Assembly: GCA_002269645.1 (NCBI GenBank)
Contig: NIVC01000277.1
Location: forward strand, 1-64,000
DNA length: 64,000 nucleotides
DNA from: Macrostomum lignano
Taxonomy: Eukaryota
Direction: 5' to 3'
Shown: positions 48,184 through 60,799 of the stretch, in pieces
Layout: each line of letters starts with the position of its first letter
How positions within the stretch are numbered: the first letter of the stretch is position 1
Notes under the pieces: model-generated
What the model saw: only the letters and a program-made list of their open reading frames with translations
Told to the model about the DNA's origin: nothing
Databases searched by the model: none
Translations under genes and position numbers: made by a program

Positions 48184-50376
48184 ATGAGAGTCTATAAGAC
48201 CAAGAATTCCCGACACAAGGCTGACAAGCATTTAAGAAAGTTATTCGATGGCGCACATAGCCGAAGTAGCTTACTATCATGTTCTAATGCCACTACCACT
48301 TCAGCAAGTTCATCAATCTGCATCACACAAGAAGATTCTTTACCGACTGTTCCAGCGGCAAGAGCTGCCGAAAAAGTTGCTTTATCTGAAGATTCTTTTT
48401 CAAACAGTAAGTCGCTTATCTCAAGTTTAGAAACGCGCTCAATAAGCTATATAGCTTCTTACATGATTTTATCCTCTACTCTGCCACAATGTGTTACTCT
48501 CACTTAAGGTTAATGCTATTATTGATATTTCATTTCCTGGCAGGTGGACTTTCTGATGACGTCGAAATACTTGGGGATCTTGAGTCCCTTTGTAGTGAGT
48601 CCAGTGATGAAGCTGAGGAAGACGATAATTCGAGGGATGCTTGCGTAGAGACGGACGATCGCCCACTGGAAGTGCAATTGGAAGACGTATTCGTTTCATT
48701 GCGGACCGTGCACGGGGTTTCTCGAAGAGCGGTTGAATTTTTGATTGGAGAATTGCACCGACTAGGATTGCCTGTGCCTAGGTCGGCCAGCCGCATTGAA
48801 ACCATCATTAAATCGACGGAACCCCCACTAAGCTGCTGTCAATGGGTGCAGGGAAGTTTCGCTACGTGTCAATTCTGAACAATCTGCAGGAACTGCATAA
48901 AAAAGATTTGCTGAAGCTGAAGCCTGAAAGTATTGGACTTGAAGGAGACAGTAGAGTTTACAATCTCATTGGCGTCGTAAATTGCGATGGTCTTCCGCTC
49001 TACAACTCTAGCTCCTTCGGAATGTGGCCAATTCTCATGATGATTCCACAGGCTTTTCCCAAACCTTTTCCGGTGGCGATTTGGTTGGTGAAGGCAAACC
49101 TCCTCTGGAGGATTTCCTGGAAGAATTCTGTATCGAAGTGAAACAGTTTCTTTCCGGGCCCATCGAAATTGCAAACGCAGTCAGTGTAACGCTTTCCGAG
49201 CTACTTTTTGTTTGTGACACCCCAGCGCGATCATTTTTAATGCGGACATTAGGACACACTTCTTACCACGGTTGCACTTACTGCAGAGCGACGGGTCCGC
49301 GCGTGGACAATAGGGTGACCTACTCAACTACAATAGGGGAGAAGAGGTGCGGAGAAATGTACCGGGCGAAGCAAGAGAGCTGTATGGATTACGAACGAAC
49401 ACACAAGGTGTCACCCCTTCTATATCTACCTCGCGTGGACTTCGTTACGTCGTTCCCTATTGACTATCAGCACGCTGTCTGTCTCGGGGTAGTCCGGAAG
49501 CTGATGCACTTTTATTTTCCGGTTTCTGCACGGCACCGACTCAACCATCCTCAGAGACAGCTTTCTGACTGGATTGCTGAAATTTCCTGCTGGACACCTT
49601 CAAATTTCCAGAGGAGACCTCGGCGAATCGACAAAAACCTGAGCCATTTTAAGGCTACTGAATTCAGACAGTTCGTGCTGTATATCGGACCCATCCTGTT
49701 CAGAAAGTATTTACCTACTAAGCTGTACAAACACTTTCTGCTGCTGCACTTTGCTATCTACACCTACTCGACGACCAAACTTTCTCATCGATGGAAGCAT
49801 GCTCAGAGCTGCATCGAGGTTTTTGTTCAGCAGTTGGCCGTGTATTTTGGCCAGAAGTCAGTATCATTCAACGTGCACGCCCTACTGCACATGTATGACT
49901 TTGTCAAGCATCTGGGTAGCCTGAACAGCTTCTCAACATTTCCATTTGAGAATTACCTCGGCATTGTAAAGCGTAAAGTGAGAGTGACTCGCTATGTCGC
50001 TTCTCACGCCGTCAAGCAGGTTCTACAGGTGCGGCACGTTCAGATGATGCGAGGACCAGCAATTATTTCTCCGTCGCTAAAATTTTCCACTACGAGAGGC
50101 GACAACTGCTGCATTCTGGGACGATCTTGCATGATGATCGAAGCAACATCCGACAATGGCACTGTGACGGGAAAGATACTACGCCCAGTTGAAGAATTGT
50201 ACTCATATCCATACAGTTCTTTAAAATTGGAGATCGGAGTGTACCGCCTAACCTCAGAAGTAATTTCTGGCAAGCCGGAAAGGAAGTGCTGGTGCATTCC
50301 GAAGCAGCCGAACGCTGAAGGCACCTGCGAGTTATTCTATGTCGTACCACTGACGGGCGAGGACAACAGTAATTAA
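48184..50376 (+). CDS. EnSpm/CACTA transposase of the inner element, about 3 frameshifts, catalytic motifs retained
   Basis: NCDGLPLYNSS..MWPI, VCDTPAR, GHTSYHGCTYC, IDYQHAVCLGVVRK, FKATEFRQFVLY, FNVHALLH, FPFENYLG. Confidence 0.92.
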
Positions 50377-51639
50377 GTATTTGCAAGAACAAACTTTTAA
50401 ACTTCGAGCGAAGATAGAGTTTTTTAATTCGTTTTTCATCATTTTCTATCGCCAAGTTTATTCCCAATCCCAACCCAGCATACGGTTAAACATAATGCCA
50501 AGAGTTCAAACCAGCTAGCATAGAATTGTTAATTTGACACACCAGGCAGCCTAGGCTGTGGGGGTTGCCCCATAAATTCCCTGGCCGGAGCCCCAAGTTT
50601 TGCATTAGAATTTTTCGGTGTCTGCCACAGTTATTTAGTCTAGATTTTTGTATATAGGAAGGATTCTTTTATCTCTGTAAAATATATCTTTAGTAACCCG
50701 CTCGTAAAACACACCTGGAGAGAGCAATGCTTTCCTGTTCTTTGTTCAATATCGCGTATATGGTATTGGGGCCTTACTCTTTGTTAGAGCCCCTTTACTT
50801 TTCGTCTCTTTCTTCCCTCGTAGAAGGAAGAATCCAAAGAGGGGGAGCCTTAAAAACTAATTTTTTTCTTCTAGATTGGTAAAGTGAGTGGAAGAAAATA
50901 CAGAATCGTTCAGTTTAAGCCAGGTGTCCGTTTGTACAATCCAGGGACTTCTCTGTATAGATGCTATGTAGAGAACTCCCTGGTAAAATCGCAAGCTTTT
51001 TCGAAGAGCCATGTGAAAAAAGAATTTATGAGAAAAAGAGAAAGAAAATATTTAGATAGCATAAAAATTCTAGCTAGAAACACAGACCTGCATAAAAATT
51101 TATGGGAGTCACAATGGGTGCTGTCTAAACAGACTAGCCGTATAACTTCTTTTTTGGTCTGCAGCTAGTTTCCTCCTAACACTAAATTATATGATTTTTC
51201 TGCGATTTCCTTCTCGTGTCACTGTTGCATACTTGCTGTCAAATATTTCCATAACTAAGAACAAAGAACAAAGAAGCACAGAAAATTTTCGTTGAATTTT
51301 TATCAACGCCAAACATATGCCCATGCAGTGTGAGCACTGAGCACTATAGGGATCTCAGTCCTGGTAGCCCGGGATTGGGATTGGGACTAATCCCAAGATT
51401 TTTTACAAATCCAGGATAGGATGAGTTAGTTTTTGTCAGAAAAATGCGACATGCAACATGAAAATACGATGAATACTCTCGTATATTCTATTCTTCCATC
51501 TTCCATGCAATACTGTATGCTTCTATATTAACTCAGTTTTTAGCTCATATAACGTATTATAATTTTTTTGTAATCTAGAATCTAGTTTGCAAAAACTGTA
51601 ATCAATTTTGTCTGTGGAAACTCATGTTAATCACTGTCC

Positions 51640-52200
51640 TTTTATGACCCCAGCTTGAGCCATAGAGTCATAGACAAATACATGTATCCTAAAGCTGTAT
51701 TCAATTTTGACAAAACTGCGACCTTAGGGAGCCAAAGAATATATTTAGAATCAATTTTAGTATACTTGAATTCAGAAGTGAATGAACGAAACAGTAGAAG
51801 TGAACATTGAATTAAACACATGAATGTGTACGCGCATACATTAGCCACTGAAATGAAGGGAGGCTAATGTTAGTCGTCATTGTCATTCAGTCAAAGATTT
51901 CGACCAGCTCTAAACATCTGTATTTAGTTTGTAGAGTGTGATTTACCCATGCACTGAAACATGATTCTTTGTGCGATGCCCAGCAGCCTATCGAAACCAG
52001 TTCTCTCCATTTTGAAATGATTGAGTCAAACCGCGCTGCCGGTGTTTTATATGGAAATCTTGCTGTAAGATCCACACTGGGCCATTCTTGTTCCTGTCTG
52101 TCGAAAACCATATACGCAATCGATCATTATGATTCCAACATGAGCAAACTAGGTTGCAGTTTTGGCAAATTTGAATGCAGTTTTGGCTAACTAGATTGCA
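51640..52200 (-). mobile_element. Possible decayed hAT transposase
   Basis: VSIGCWASHKESCFSAWVNH resembles hAT SLTTDxWTS..Y.avT.H; VCAYTFMCL resembles CxxH. TAGGGAT/GGGATT motifs at 51346-51420. Confidence 0.35.
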
Positions 52201-53241
52201 AAAATCTAGTTATTACCATGTAAATATTATAATAAATAGTTTTATACTGTATAAAATAAGTACATTGTCTCTTTGTAAGCTTTTACTCTCGCGTCTAATC
52301 TTTTTCTGCAAAAAGTAGATCACAACTCACAAGCAATTATGTTGACTTTTTCCAAAAAGTTTTTTAAAACAATTACTTACTAGGTAAATGAGTAAATTTT
52401 TAAAGCGTTTAACACCAGCAGAAATAAATTGCGTTCATACAATTTACAGTAAATACAGCGTTATAAGCTAATTCACCCTTAAACCCGACTCAAATCCAGC
52501 ACAAAAGTACTCTGTTTCTTTCAATATCATTTTGCTTGGTAGAATGAGCATCAGTATGAGGGATTAAGGGTGCTCATACCGGTAGTATGTGTGAGTCATG
52601 TGACCCCATTCTCCGCCTTGATACAAACCGAGTCTTTATTCTTAATAGACCCTTTATTCGCCTACCCTCCCATTTTATGTCTATTCGATCATTCAAACAT
52701 ATTCTCATGGCCTATATTTTGGTGCTGTGGCAATGAGTTCTAAATCTAGAATCTTGGTTCTGGCAAAGAAATCTAGAACAACTTACAACCTGCTAAAAAT
52801 AGACGGACGCTACTATATCTAGATTTCCTTGCAACCCCCACCAATCCGCCTCAAAGTAAACAAAGACCACAGACAGCTGTGTAACAGGATATGCACATCC
52901 AGAATGTCTGAAGTTAGAAATCGGTTTGTTTGAGAGGGAAGATTTTTTTGTGCTTTTCTCAATTGCGTTATGAGTATACTTTGAGTAGGGACCCCCTATT
53001 AGTTCCCTTGTTCCCTAGTCCATATCCTTTATTTTATGTGAATTGAAAAGGCCCGGAATCAAAATTGGCTAAATGAGAGGAAGAAAAAAGCTGTGCTATT
53101 TGCTAATTTTAAGATCCCGTGCCTTTGTCCAGGGAATATGTAAAGTATTCCCTGCTTTACCGCACACAAAAATAAGATATATAGTTCGAGGGGGTTTCAC
53201 AAATTCGAAATTTCACGTCGAAAGCACCTTCTTTCACAAGA

Positions 53242-53684
53242 TCATAGATGTATCAGTGTGGTCTAGTAGCCTGTAGAAATTTAGCCGCTAATCTGCTGAT
53301 CCGGCCTGGCAAATTCGGGTTGAATTTATTGACTTTCTCCTATCTAAATACACTACAAATTGGCCATTTCTCCGCCTTTGCATATCTTGGGAGCTGATTG
53401 ACTTACTCAAACAATTCTTTCTGCATCATACATGTATCAGTGTGGTCTAGTAGCCTGTAGAAATTTAGCCGCTAATCTGCTGATCCGGCCTGGCAAATTC
53501 GGGTTGAATTTATTGACTTTCTCCTATCTAAATACACTACAAATTGGCCATTTCTCCGCCTTTGCATATCTTGGGAGCTGATTGACTTACTCAAACAATT
53601 CTTTCTGCATCATACATGTATCAGTGTGGTCTAGTAGCCTGTAGAAATTTAGCCGCTAATCTGCTGATCCGGCCTGGCAAATTC
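53242..53684. repeat. Near-perfect 184-bp tandem repeat, 2.4 copies
   Basis: tatcagtgtggtctagtagcctgtag at 53251, 53435 and 53619. Confidence 0.97.
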
Positions 53685-54922
53685 ATTGACTTCATTGACT
53701 TGGAAAATGACGGTACTATGGTAAAAATGACGGTATTTTACGCTACTCGCAGTTCGATCTAGCTTAGGCAGCTGTACACTCCTGTGTGAGTATGTGCCTG
53801 CGTACGTATCCGCGCGCTTGTGTGCCTGGCCCTGCTCAGGGGAGTCGGTGGAAAGGGCAGAATGCCTCTCGCCGGTTGTGTGCGTGCCTGTGTCGTTTAA
53901 AGTGCGCCAGGGTGCACACAACCCCCTGCCTAAAAAAATAGGCCTTTCTTCTTTCTCTCTTTAGCCTGTACAAAAAGAGGTTCAAGAAAGAAACCATGGG
54001 ATAAAGCGAATCTTACCCACTTAAACGTATTTCATGCATATCTACAGTTTGTGATCTGTGAGCTAACGTAACAAATTAAAATTCCAGTGCAGATTGAGTA
54101 CGCACCATTAAAGGAATAAAACTATTTTACTAAAGTTTTATCTCTTAAAAGCAATTATGCTTTTTAGCTACTGTAAGTAGCTAGCTAAGAACATTAATTT
54201 TTGCAGTTGAAAAAAAAACTGTCTTAGCACTCCATCTTTTGTATAGCGTGCAAATACAGCGGTCTGCCTTTTTCAGCTTTTCGTCGAAAGTATTAAGGGC
54301 AAAAACCTACTTTGGATAGCAAAAGGGCAACGGAAAATAATTTTCTAAGGAGAAACTAATCTAAAAAACTATGCTAGCAAATGCGGGCGCCCTTGGACAA
54401 CAGGGCGCAGAGTAGGGCGTACTGTGTTTTCTAAAAAAATATGGATTGAATAAAACGGTAATTTTAGGGCGAAATTGTATGTTGTTTGTGTGTTTTAATA
54501 TCAATAACACCGAAATAAATCAAAAAGAAGAAAACTTTTTTTTGTGAAAATTCTGGGGGCGCCTTGTGGGCGTAGGTTGCCCACCGGCGCCTGACATATT
54601 CTCTCCACTGGGTAAGCTACATTTTTACAAGCTTGAAAGACTGTCCATTCCAGTCTGCTGCATTCAGTTAAAGGATGTGTTGTGCAAGCTTATGGTTATT
54701 CCATTGCCAGATTCTCAGGGGCAGTGGTTTGCTTGCCCACTTCACCATACATACAATTGCTTTTGACCCGTCACTCTAAAATAATTTGGTCAACAACAAA
54801 CAAACAATTAGAAACAACCAAAATTAGAAATAACAACAAACAATTAGAACTAGATTTGTATTCATTTCTCACTATCTACATATCTAAATTTTCATATTTC
54901 TGATCTGCTGTCCTGATTACTG

Positions 54923-56184
54923 ATGACAAAGAAATATTGCTTTGTGAACTTCGCTGATGGAAACATGATTGTTTCAATGAATTGGTTCACAAGTGATGGT
55001 ACAGCAGTTAGGCTGCCAAATGACTACTCAAGTGCTACTGACCCCAGGCTTGTGAGACGTCTGCGTCAGCAAGAGAACCCAGGAAGCAGCTGGGAAACCC
55101 ACAGGATTGTCAAGTGTCACATTTGGAATGGTAAGCACTGTGTATCCCATGTACAAATTTTGTGTACATATCCGCACTATGTAGTTAATCTTTTTTTCAG
55201 ACGATCTGGACTACTTGCTCTATCGTCTGACACGCTTTGATAAGACGGGCACTCTTTCGGACACCGATGTTGATGGGAAGCGGAAGCGTAAGCAAGTCGA
55301 GCACTTCAAAGACTGGCAGGATGAATCTGTAACCCCACGGCGTCGTCGTCCTCGACATACAAAATCTCCACTGGCCGCAGTTGAGAATATTAGCCCATCA
55401 GTGTCTTTTCCAGTTGCGCCAAGTATGCCAGTTTTTCAGTCCACTATTGAGACTCAACCAGCGAAACCAATTTCAACCAATTACAAACCAATATGCGCCC
55501 CATGGCTGTACCTCTAAGTTGTAGGAAAATCATTTTGTCAAATTCAAAGTCATTCCTGTACAAACATAGTTCCAGTAGCTTTATTAACTCAGCATCGGGT
55601 CTAATGGGATCCGGGTATCGGTTAAAGAATTCCTGGATCGCTGCAATGCCCTTGTCTATAGGGATCATTGAGTACAGACTCTGGACATCACAAGTTGCCA
55701 GAGTCGAACCTTCCGTGCAGCATTTATCCATAAGGTGTGCCTTGAATTCATACGAGTCCTTAACGAAAGTGGGTTGCACTTGGGCAATCGGTTTTAAAAA
55801 GAAGTCTATGTACTTTTCTGCCATAATTGCTTAAGAACACCTGATCTGCATGCTGTGAAAGTTAAATCTGACTCCGCTAGGTCGTTTGCAGCTCAACTGT
55901 CACGATTAGCAATTCCTGGTTACGAAAGGTACAAACTGACAGTTGGACAGTCTCGGCTTCAAGGAAAGAAAAAAAGTTACCCAATCTTCATTCTGAAGCA
56001 GATAACGGCCATCACTCTGCAGCACTTTCCAACTGCGCGGAAGGATGAAATCAGTGCAGCGATTAATCAAGAGGCGAGAGATCTCTTGGAGAAGGCCAAG
56101 AATTGCAACTGGGCAGGACTCAAAGAAGCGAGCAACATGTATTTAAATGACCTATTGATTGAAAATGTTCTTCAATCTCACTGA
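54923..56184 (+). CDS. BEN-domain accessory gene of the outer EnSpm element, spliced, interrupted by a Penelope fragment
   Basis: Exon 1 MTKKYCFVNFADG..WF; intron about 55131-55200; C-terminal SARSFAAQLSRLAI..ERYKLTVG..KKSYPIFILKQI..FPTA..ISAAINQEARD fits a BEN pattern. Confidence 0.7.
55486..55830 (-). mobile_element. Penelope-like retroelement RT fragment
   Basis: YIDFFLKPI..FVKDSYEF..CDVQSLYSMIP..LLELCLYRNDFEFD..FLQLRGTAMG. Confidence 0.9.
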
Positions 56185-57800
56185 CCATGCATACAAAAGG
56201 CAGTAATATACGGTATAGGTCCTCTTCTTAGTGGTTGTACAGGTACATGTATGCAATTGATACGCACTACATTTTTAACGCATTGACTGTCACTTAAAGC
56301 TCTTTTTATATTAAGCAATGGAAGCGTAGTCCTAAATAAATGACGAATACAACTTTTTATGCGTTCTAATTTTGCTGCGCTTGCAACTGATTTTATTTGA
56401 GTAGCACGAACTATACAAGACAGATAAAATCAAAAGCCAAAGAGCTAATACTCGTAATTGGGAAGAAAATCATTCTATGCAGTGATATTAGGAAGCCAAC
56501 ATTCGCATAATAAAATTTAGTAGGCCTTCGCTTATGCAAGACATACCGATTTGTATCGCAACACAAAGAGAACAGTTTGATACTAGCTCTATGTATGTAC
56601 ATGTAAGAGAAGCATAATACTGGGTTATAAAACGGGTAAGTCGGGCGGGCGGGCGGCGGCCTTCATGGCGATGCAGCTGGCAACGCGGTGGCGGCCTCCG
56701 CAGAAGAAACAAACGACTGGCAATTGAAAGAGGGGGAAGTTTTCGCAAATTTATCAGTAATAAAATAGCATGGAAGTCTGTAACAGGTTACAATTAGGTA
56801 AAATTTAAGACTACTTTTAAGACTACTCGAATGTACTCAAAGCTCAAGATTTACAGTGTCTTGGGATGGTACTCACTGCTTTTCCACGTGGGCCGCCCCT
56901 GCCGCGCTGACCGCCGCCGCGCCTACCGCCGCCGCCGCGCCTACCGCCGCCGCCGCGCCGACCGCCACCGAATATTTGAGTTATATGCATATAGCTCGTA
57001 CTTACTTAGAAATTAGCAGTCTTCTAAATTAGCAGTCTAAATATATCTTATATACTTAATGAGCGTATTTTTTGTATATATAGGCACTGAAACTGAGGTG
57101 TAGGGGCGAATAAAATAGGGGTTATGGGTTGTGAGTCGTCGCTTCAGCAGTTGTCGTATCAGTTTGCTGCGGTCCTATTGGTCGGTTGTGCAGGCGAGGG
57201 TGTGCAGTTCTGGGGCTTTAGATCGGCGATTTGGTCTACAAATTGTCTAGCGTACTGGTGGCCATGCAGCCTGACTTGAGGAGGGTCGCCTGTTTTTCTT
57301 TCCCGGCTTAGAAGGTGCGAAAATGGCTCAACCAGTCAGCCGCGCCATACAAGTTTTGTTTGTGCAGTGAAGTACACGCGGCCGCGAACTCTTAAAGTAT
57401 TGCCTACACTTGCTGAGTCAGTCGGTGAGAATTGTGTCACCATAAAACGAGATAGCAAACAAACAAAAGGATTAGGTGAGAAAAGTGAGGAGACCTTAGC
57501 GTACAGCAGAGGGTGCAGTGTGTGCTTTTATGCTGGGCACTGGAGTGATTGGGGTGGGTTGTGTCCAGCCAATTAGATTGTGTAATAAAGTAAAAATGAA
57601 TGCAAAATTGAGTACAATGTGCTGGGCTGGAGGGAAGGTGGTGTTTTTTTTCGTGGCTACTTTTATTTCTACATATATAGTTTGTGATTTGTTGAGCCAA
57701 TTTTGTTTTCTTACAGTTATAGCTTATCATTGCTTAGAAAAAGTTTGATTGATACTTTTTATCAGTTCTTTTTTCAATTGTTGAATATTTTTTGTGCAAA

Positions 57801-59350
57801 ATGGCCTCTTATTCAAAGTCACCTTTGAAAAAGAAGTCGAAGAAGGATGGGATTGCCGGTCTGACAGTTGGTCAAATGCCTACGCCTGTCACTGGCCTTG
57901 TGACGAATCTGAAAGACGTTCACACGTATAATAACAACAAAGGTCAGGGCCAAGTGTTTTAGTTCATCTTGGTGGACGACTCATCTGAGATGCGAGTCAG
58001 CGTCTTCGGTGAGGATTTGCAAGCTGTCTGGGAAGTATGCAACGATGGTGAAGCCGTTCTCATATCCGGCGGGATGGTGAAGACTGCCAAGCCGGAGTAC
58101 AAGTGTACGGACAATCCACTTGAGATTACCGTTTCCGTGGATTCCAAGGGCTTCATCTATAGAAGCAACGAAGTGCCGGTTGCTCGAGATCCAGTAATTA
58201 ATTACACTAGCATTAATCAACTGCAACAGACTGAATTGGACAGGTGAGTGACTGATTGATTTAGTAGTTTTCCTCATGTATTAGTGCTCAAATATCGCGA
58301 AGTGAAAGTACATGTAATCGTGTTTTTGGGTGACAGTTAGTTTGTCTTGTGTTTGAAAATATTTATCATCGCAACACTGTACGAAGCTTGGGTTATTAGC
58401 TTCATGATGCTCCTGTAAGTGTACATAGAAATCTAATGTGATGCTTAAGTTAGTGTGCAAATAGTTAAAAAAAGTATTGCTCCCTTTCACTATCAGAATC
58501 GTCGATGTGCTTGGAGTGATCGACGCCAGGCAACCGTCTGAAGAAAACGCGTGCTGGGAAAAAGGTTAACGTAGCCAAAGTGACTTTGGTTGACCGAACC
58601 TTCGGCTCTGTAAGCTGCACGTTTTGGGGTTCGTCCTCAGCTCAAGTGGACAGGTGGAACATCGGCGATGTTTTGTCCATAAGAAGAGCAAAGGTGCAGT
58701 ATTCGGGCTCCGTCACGTTGGGATGCTCGAACTCTGACGTAAAATGCAACAGTGACGATGGTGAAGCTAGAGTCTTGGCTGACTGGTATAGGAATGCAAA
58801 GGAAGGCGGTACCCGGTTTGAACCTGTGCCCGCTCGAGTGCCTACTCCAGGACTTGGTGCTGATGAGATTGGAGACGAAAGTGTGACCCATTCGGGAGCC
58901 TGCTGCCTTGTTTGAATTTTATGACAAACACTCGAAGGAAATTGTGAGGGACTTCGGAAATAGCAAAAAGGTGAGTGATTTTCTACAAATTTAGTTGATT
59001 ATTAAATATAATAAAGTTTGTTAGGTTACCAGGTTAGACAGGTGTTCAGTTAAGCTAATTATTTTGAAAATCGCAAATTGAATAGCAAAGAGAACAGTAC
59101 TTATTGTGTTGCTTTTATGTATTCATGCTTAATAGGTCTTTCTTGTTACACATATTTTATATCCTTATAAATTTTTTCTTCTCGCAGATTCGATACAGAC
59201 GAGTGTCGACGGGTGATGACCGGAGTCAGTTTCACCGTAGTGGAGGTGTCGACGGTCAGGATGAGTCGAGCAGAATGTCGTTCGATGATCACAGCGTACA
59301 GAACAGCACTTCGTATTAGTAAGTTGCCACAGTTGGCGCGTGCCACTTTT
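57801..59350 (+). pseudogene. RPA70 (RPA1)-like gene with OB folds DBD-A and DBD-B; one in-frame stop and frameshifts
   Basis: VTNLKDVHTYNNNKGQGQVF*FILVDDSSEMRVSVFGE..GGMVKTAKPEY; intron 58244-58496; RIVDVLGVI..KTRAGKKV..VTLVD..CTFWG..LSIRRAKV..EARVLADWY. TAG at 57960. Second intron 58971-59187. No N-terminal DBD-F; zinc-finger DBD-C not recognised. Confidence 0.88.
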
Positions 59351-59534
59351 TTGACCCGAGCGTCTGATGGCTGAGAGTGAAATCAAAGTCGCGTAGAGTC
59401 TCAATGAACTGATAGCCCTGAGAGAGTACATTGAGTAAATCCTATTTACGAGGGATGTTTCATAAGTTCCTCCTTATACTCATAGGACATAAATATAACA
59501 GTACTTAAAGTAGAAATTACACAATAAATACAGT

Positions 59535-59930
59535 CTTTTAACAGACAATGATGCAAGCCCTAAACAGGCAATACAGCCTCTAAACAGACAATACAGCCTC
59601 TAAACAGACAATAGTCTCTACTAAACAGACAATGCAGTCTCTAAACAGCCAATACGGTCTCTAGTCTAAACAGACAATACAGTCTCTAAACAGACAATGC
59701 AGTCTCTAAACAGACCATACAATGTCTAAACAGACAATGCAGTCTCTAAACAGGCAATACAGCCTCTAAACAGACAATACAGTCGTTTAACAGACAATAG
59801 AGCCTCTAAACAGACAATACAGCCTCTAAACAGACAATAAAGCCTCTAAACAGACAATACAGTCTCTAAACAGACAATAATACAGTCACTAATACAGTCA
59901 CTGAACAGACCATAAAATACAGTCAGTAAA
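59535..59930. repeat. About 20-bp minisatellite (taaacagacaatacagcctc), about 18 copies
   Basis: Directly visible. Confidence 0.95.
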
Positions 59931-60799
59931 CAGAAATAGTACAGGTATAAGCAGGTGAAACATGTATGTATAATTGGAATTTATGAAGCAGCCCTCATTG
60001 AGAGTAGGTTGACTGCATCTTAACTGGGCTAAAAGAGTTTGTGAATGGTGTATAGGAGCTGCTCTATATACCATGTGGTTCCAGACTCTAAAAGGAGCAT
60101 TTGCAGTCAAGCTCTGTAGCAGCCTTAAGCAGAGCGGAGCGACTTAATGTTTGGTTTGAGAATGAATGTCTCTACATTTGCTTACACCCAATGCATGCAA
60201 TTGAGCAGTGACGCGAGTCGGCAGGTAGTCAGGATGGCATATACATGTACATTTTTGCACCGCTAAAGCTATACTGGCTGCTTGTCGATGGTACCATCTG
60301 CTGAAGCGACAGTCGATCCTTTTTTTAGAAATTATTACATTATTGAAAATTTTCACCTGCTACGCTCGTATTAGCAGCAGAAGATCATATCATATCATTT
60401 GAATAAATACATGTGTTGGTTTAAATATTGTTTTAACTGCTGAACGTCAATTTTCGGTTGTTTAAAATTTAATTAAAAGCACGTACCGTTTGTTGTTTTT
60501 TGTTTGTTGTAGCTCGTAACAGATCAGTTGAACAGTACTGCTACTTTGTACATGTACTGTGTATAATAATCGTGTAACTAACAGAAATGTTTAATAGTTC
60601 GGCCAATTTATTCACGCAGTTTCGTATCATCCTACACTTAAGTATGCAAGTATTAAATGGTACGCGTACATGCACGTTCTTTGTAGTGATGTGCTATGGC
60701 GGAAATAAATAAAGCTTCAAATATTTCATGTCACTGAGAATATTCTGTTCACAAAAATTTGGTTGCATAAGAGCTTCACAAACTTATGCAAATGTCAGG

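Larger units (their letters stand above)
43996..54612. mobile_element. Inner EnSpm/CACTA element, 10,617 bp, CCCAGTGG termini, TA target-site duplication
   Basis: ta|CCCAGTGGGGAA at 43996 and TTCTCTCCACTGGG|ta at 54612; TACGCCC/GGCGCCC subterminal motifs at both ends. Confidence 0.9.
42047..54766 (+). mobile_element. Outer EnSpm/CACTA transposase (42047-43995 and 54613-54766), split by a nested element
   Basis: IDRLPIFNSS..FWTI, FCDTPAR, YNGYYGCDRC, DSMH, WKAT, YNVHSLLH, FPFENF. The C-terminus KLMVIPLP..ACPLHH resumes after 54612 and rejoins in frame. Confidence 0.9.

Noticed and set aside
48553-48567. Hammerhead core CUGAUGA..GAAA
   Set aside because: Only 4 unpairable nucleotides are available for stem II, and it lies inside transposase coding sequence.
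32355-53780. Identical peptide VQLPKLD in the PC4 tail and in ORF 53649-53921
   Set aside because: No flanking similarity; a 7-aa match among six-frame translations of 64 kb is expected by chance.
44011-54424. CAGTACGCCC/GGGCGTACTG as the TIR of the inner element
   Set aside because: The outer CCCAGTGG pair has a TA duplication and restores the interrupted frame; this pair is a subterminal motif.
58860-58880. Hammerhead core CUGAUGA..GAAA
   Set aside because: Stem II has a single pair, there are no flanking stems I/III, and it lies inside the RPA-like exon.
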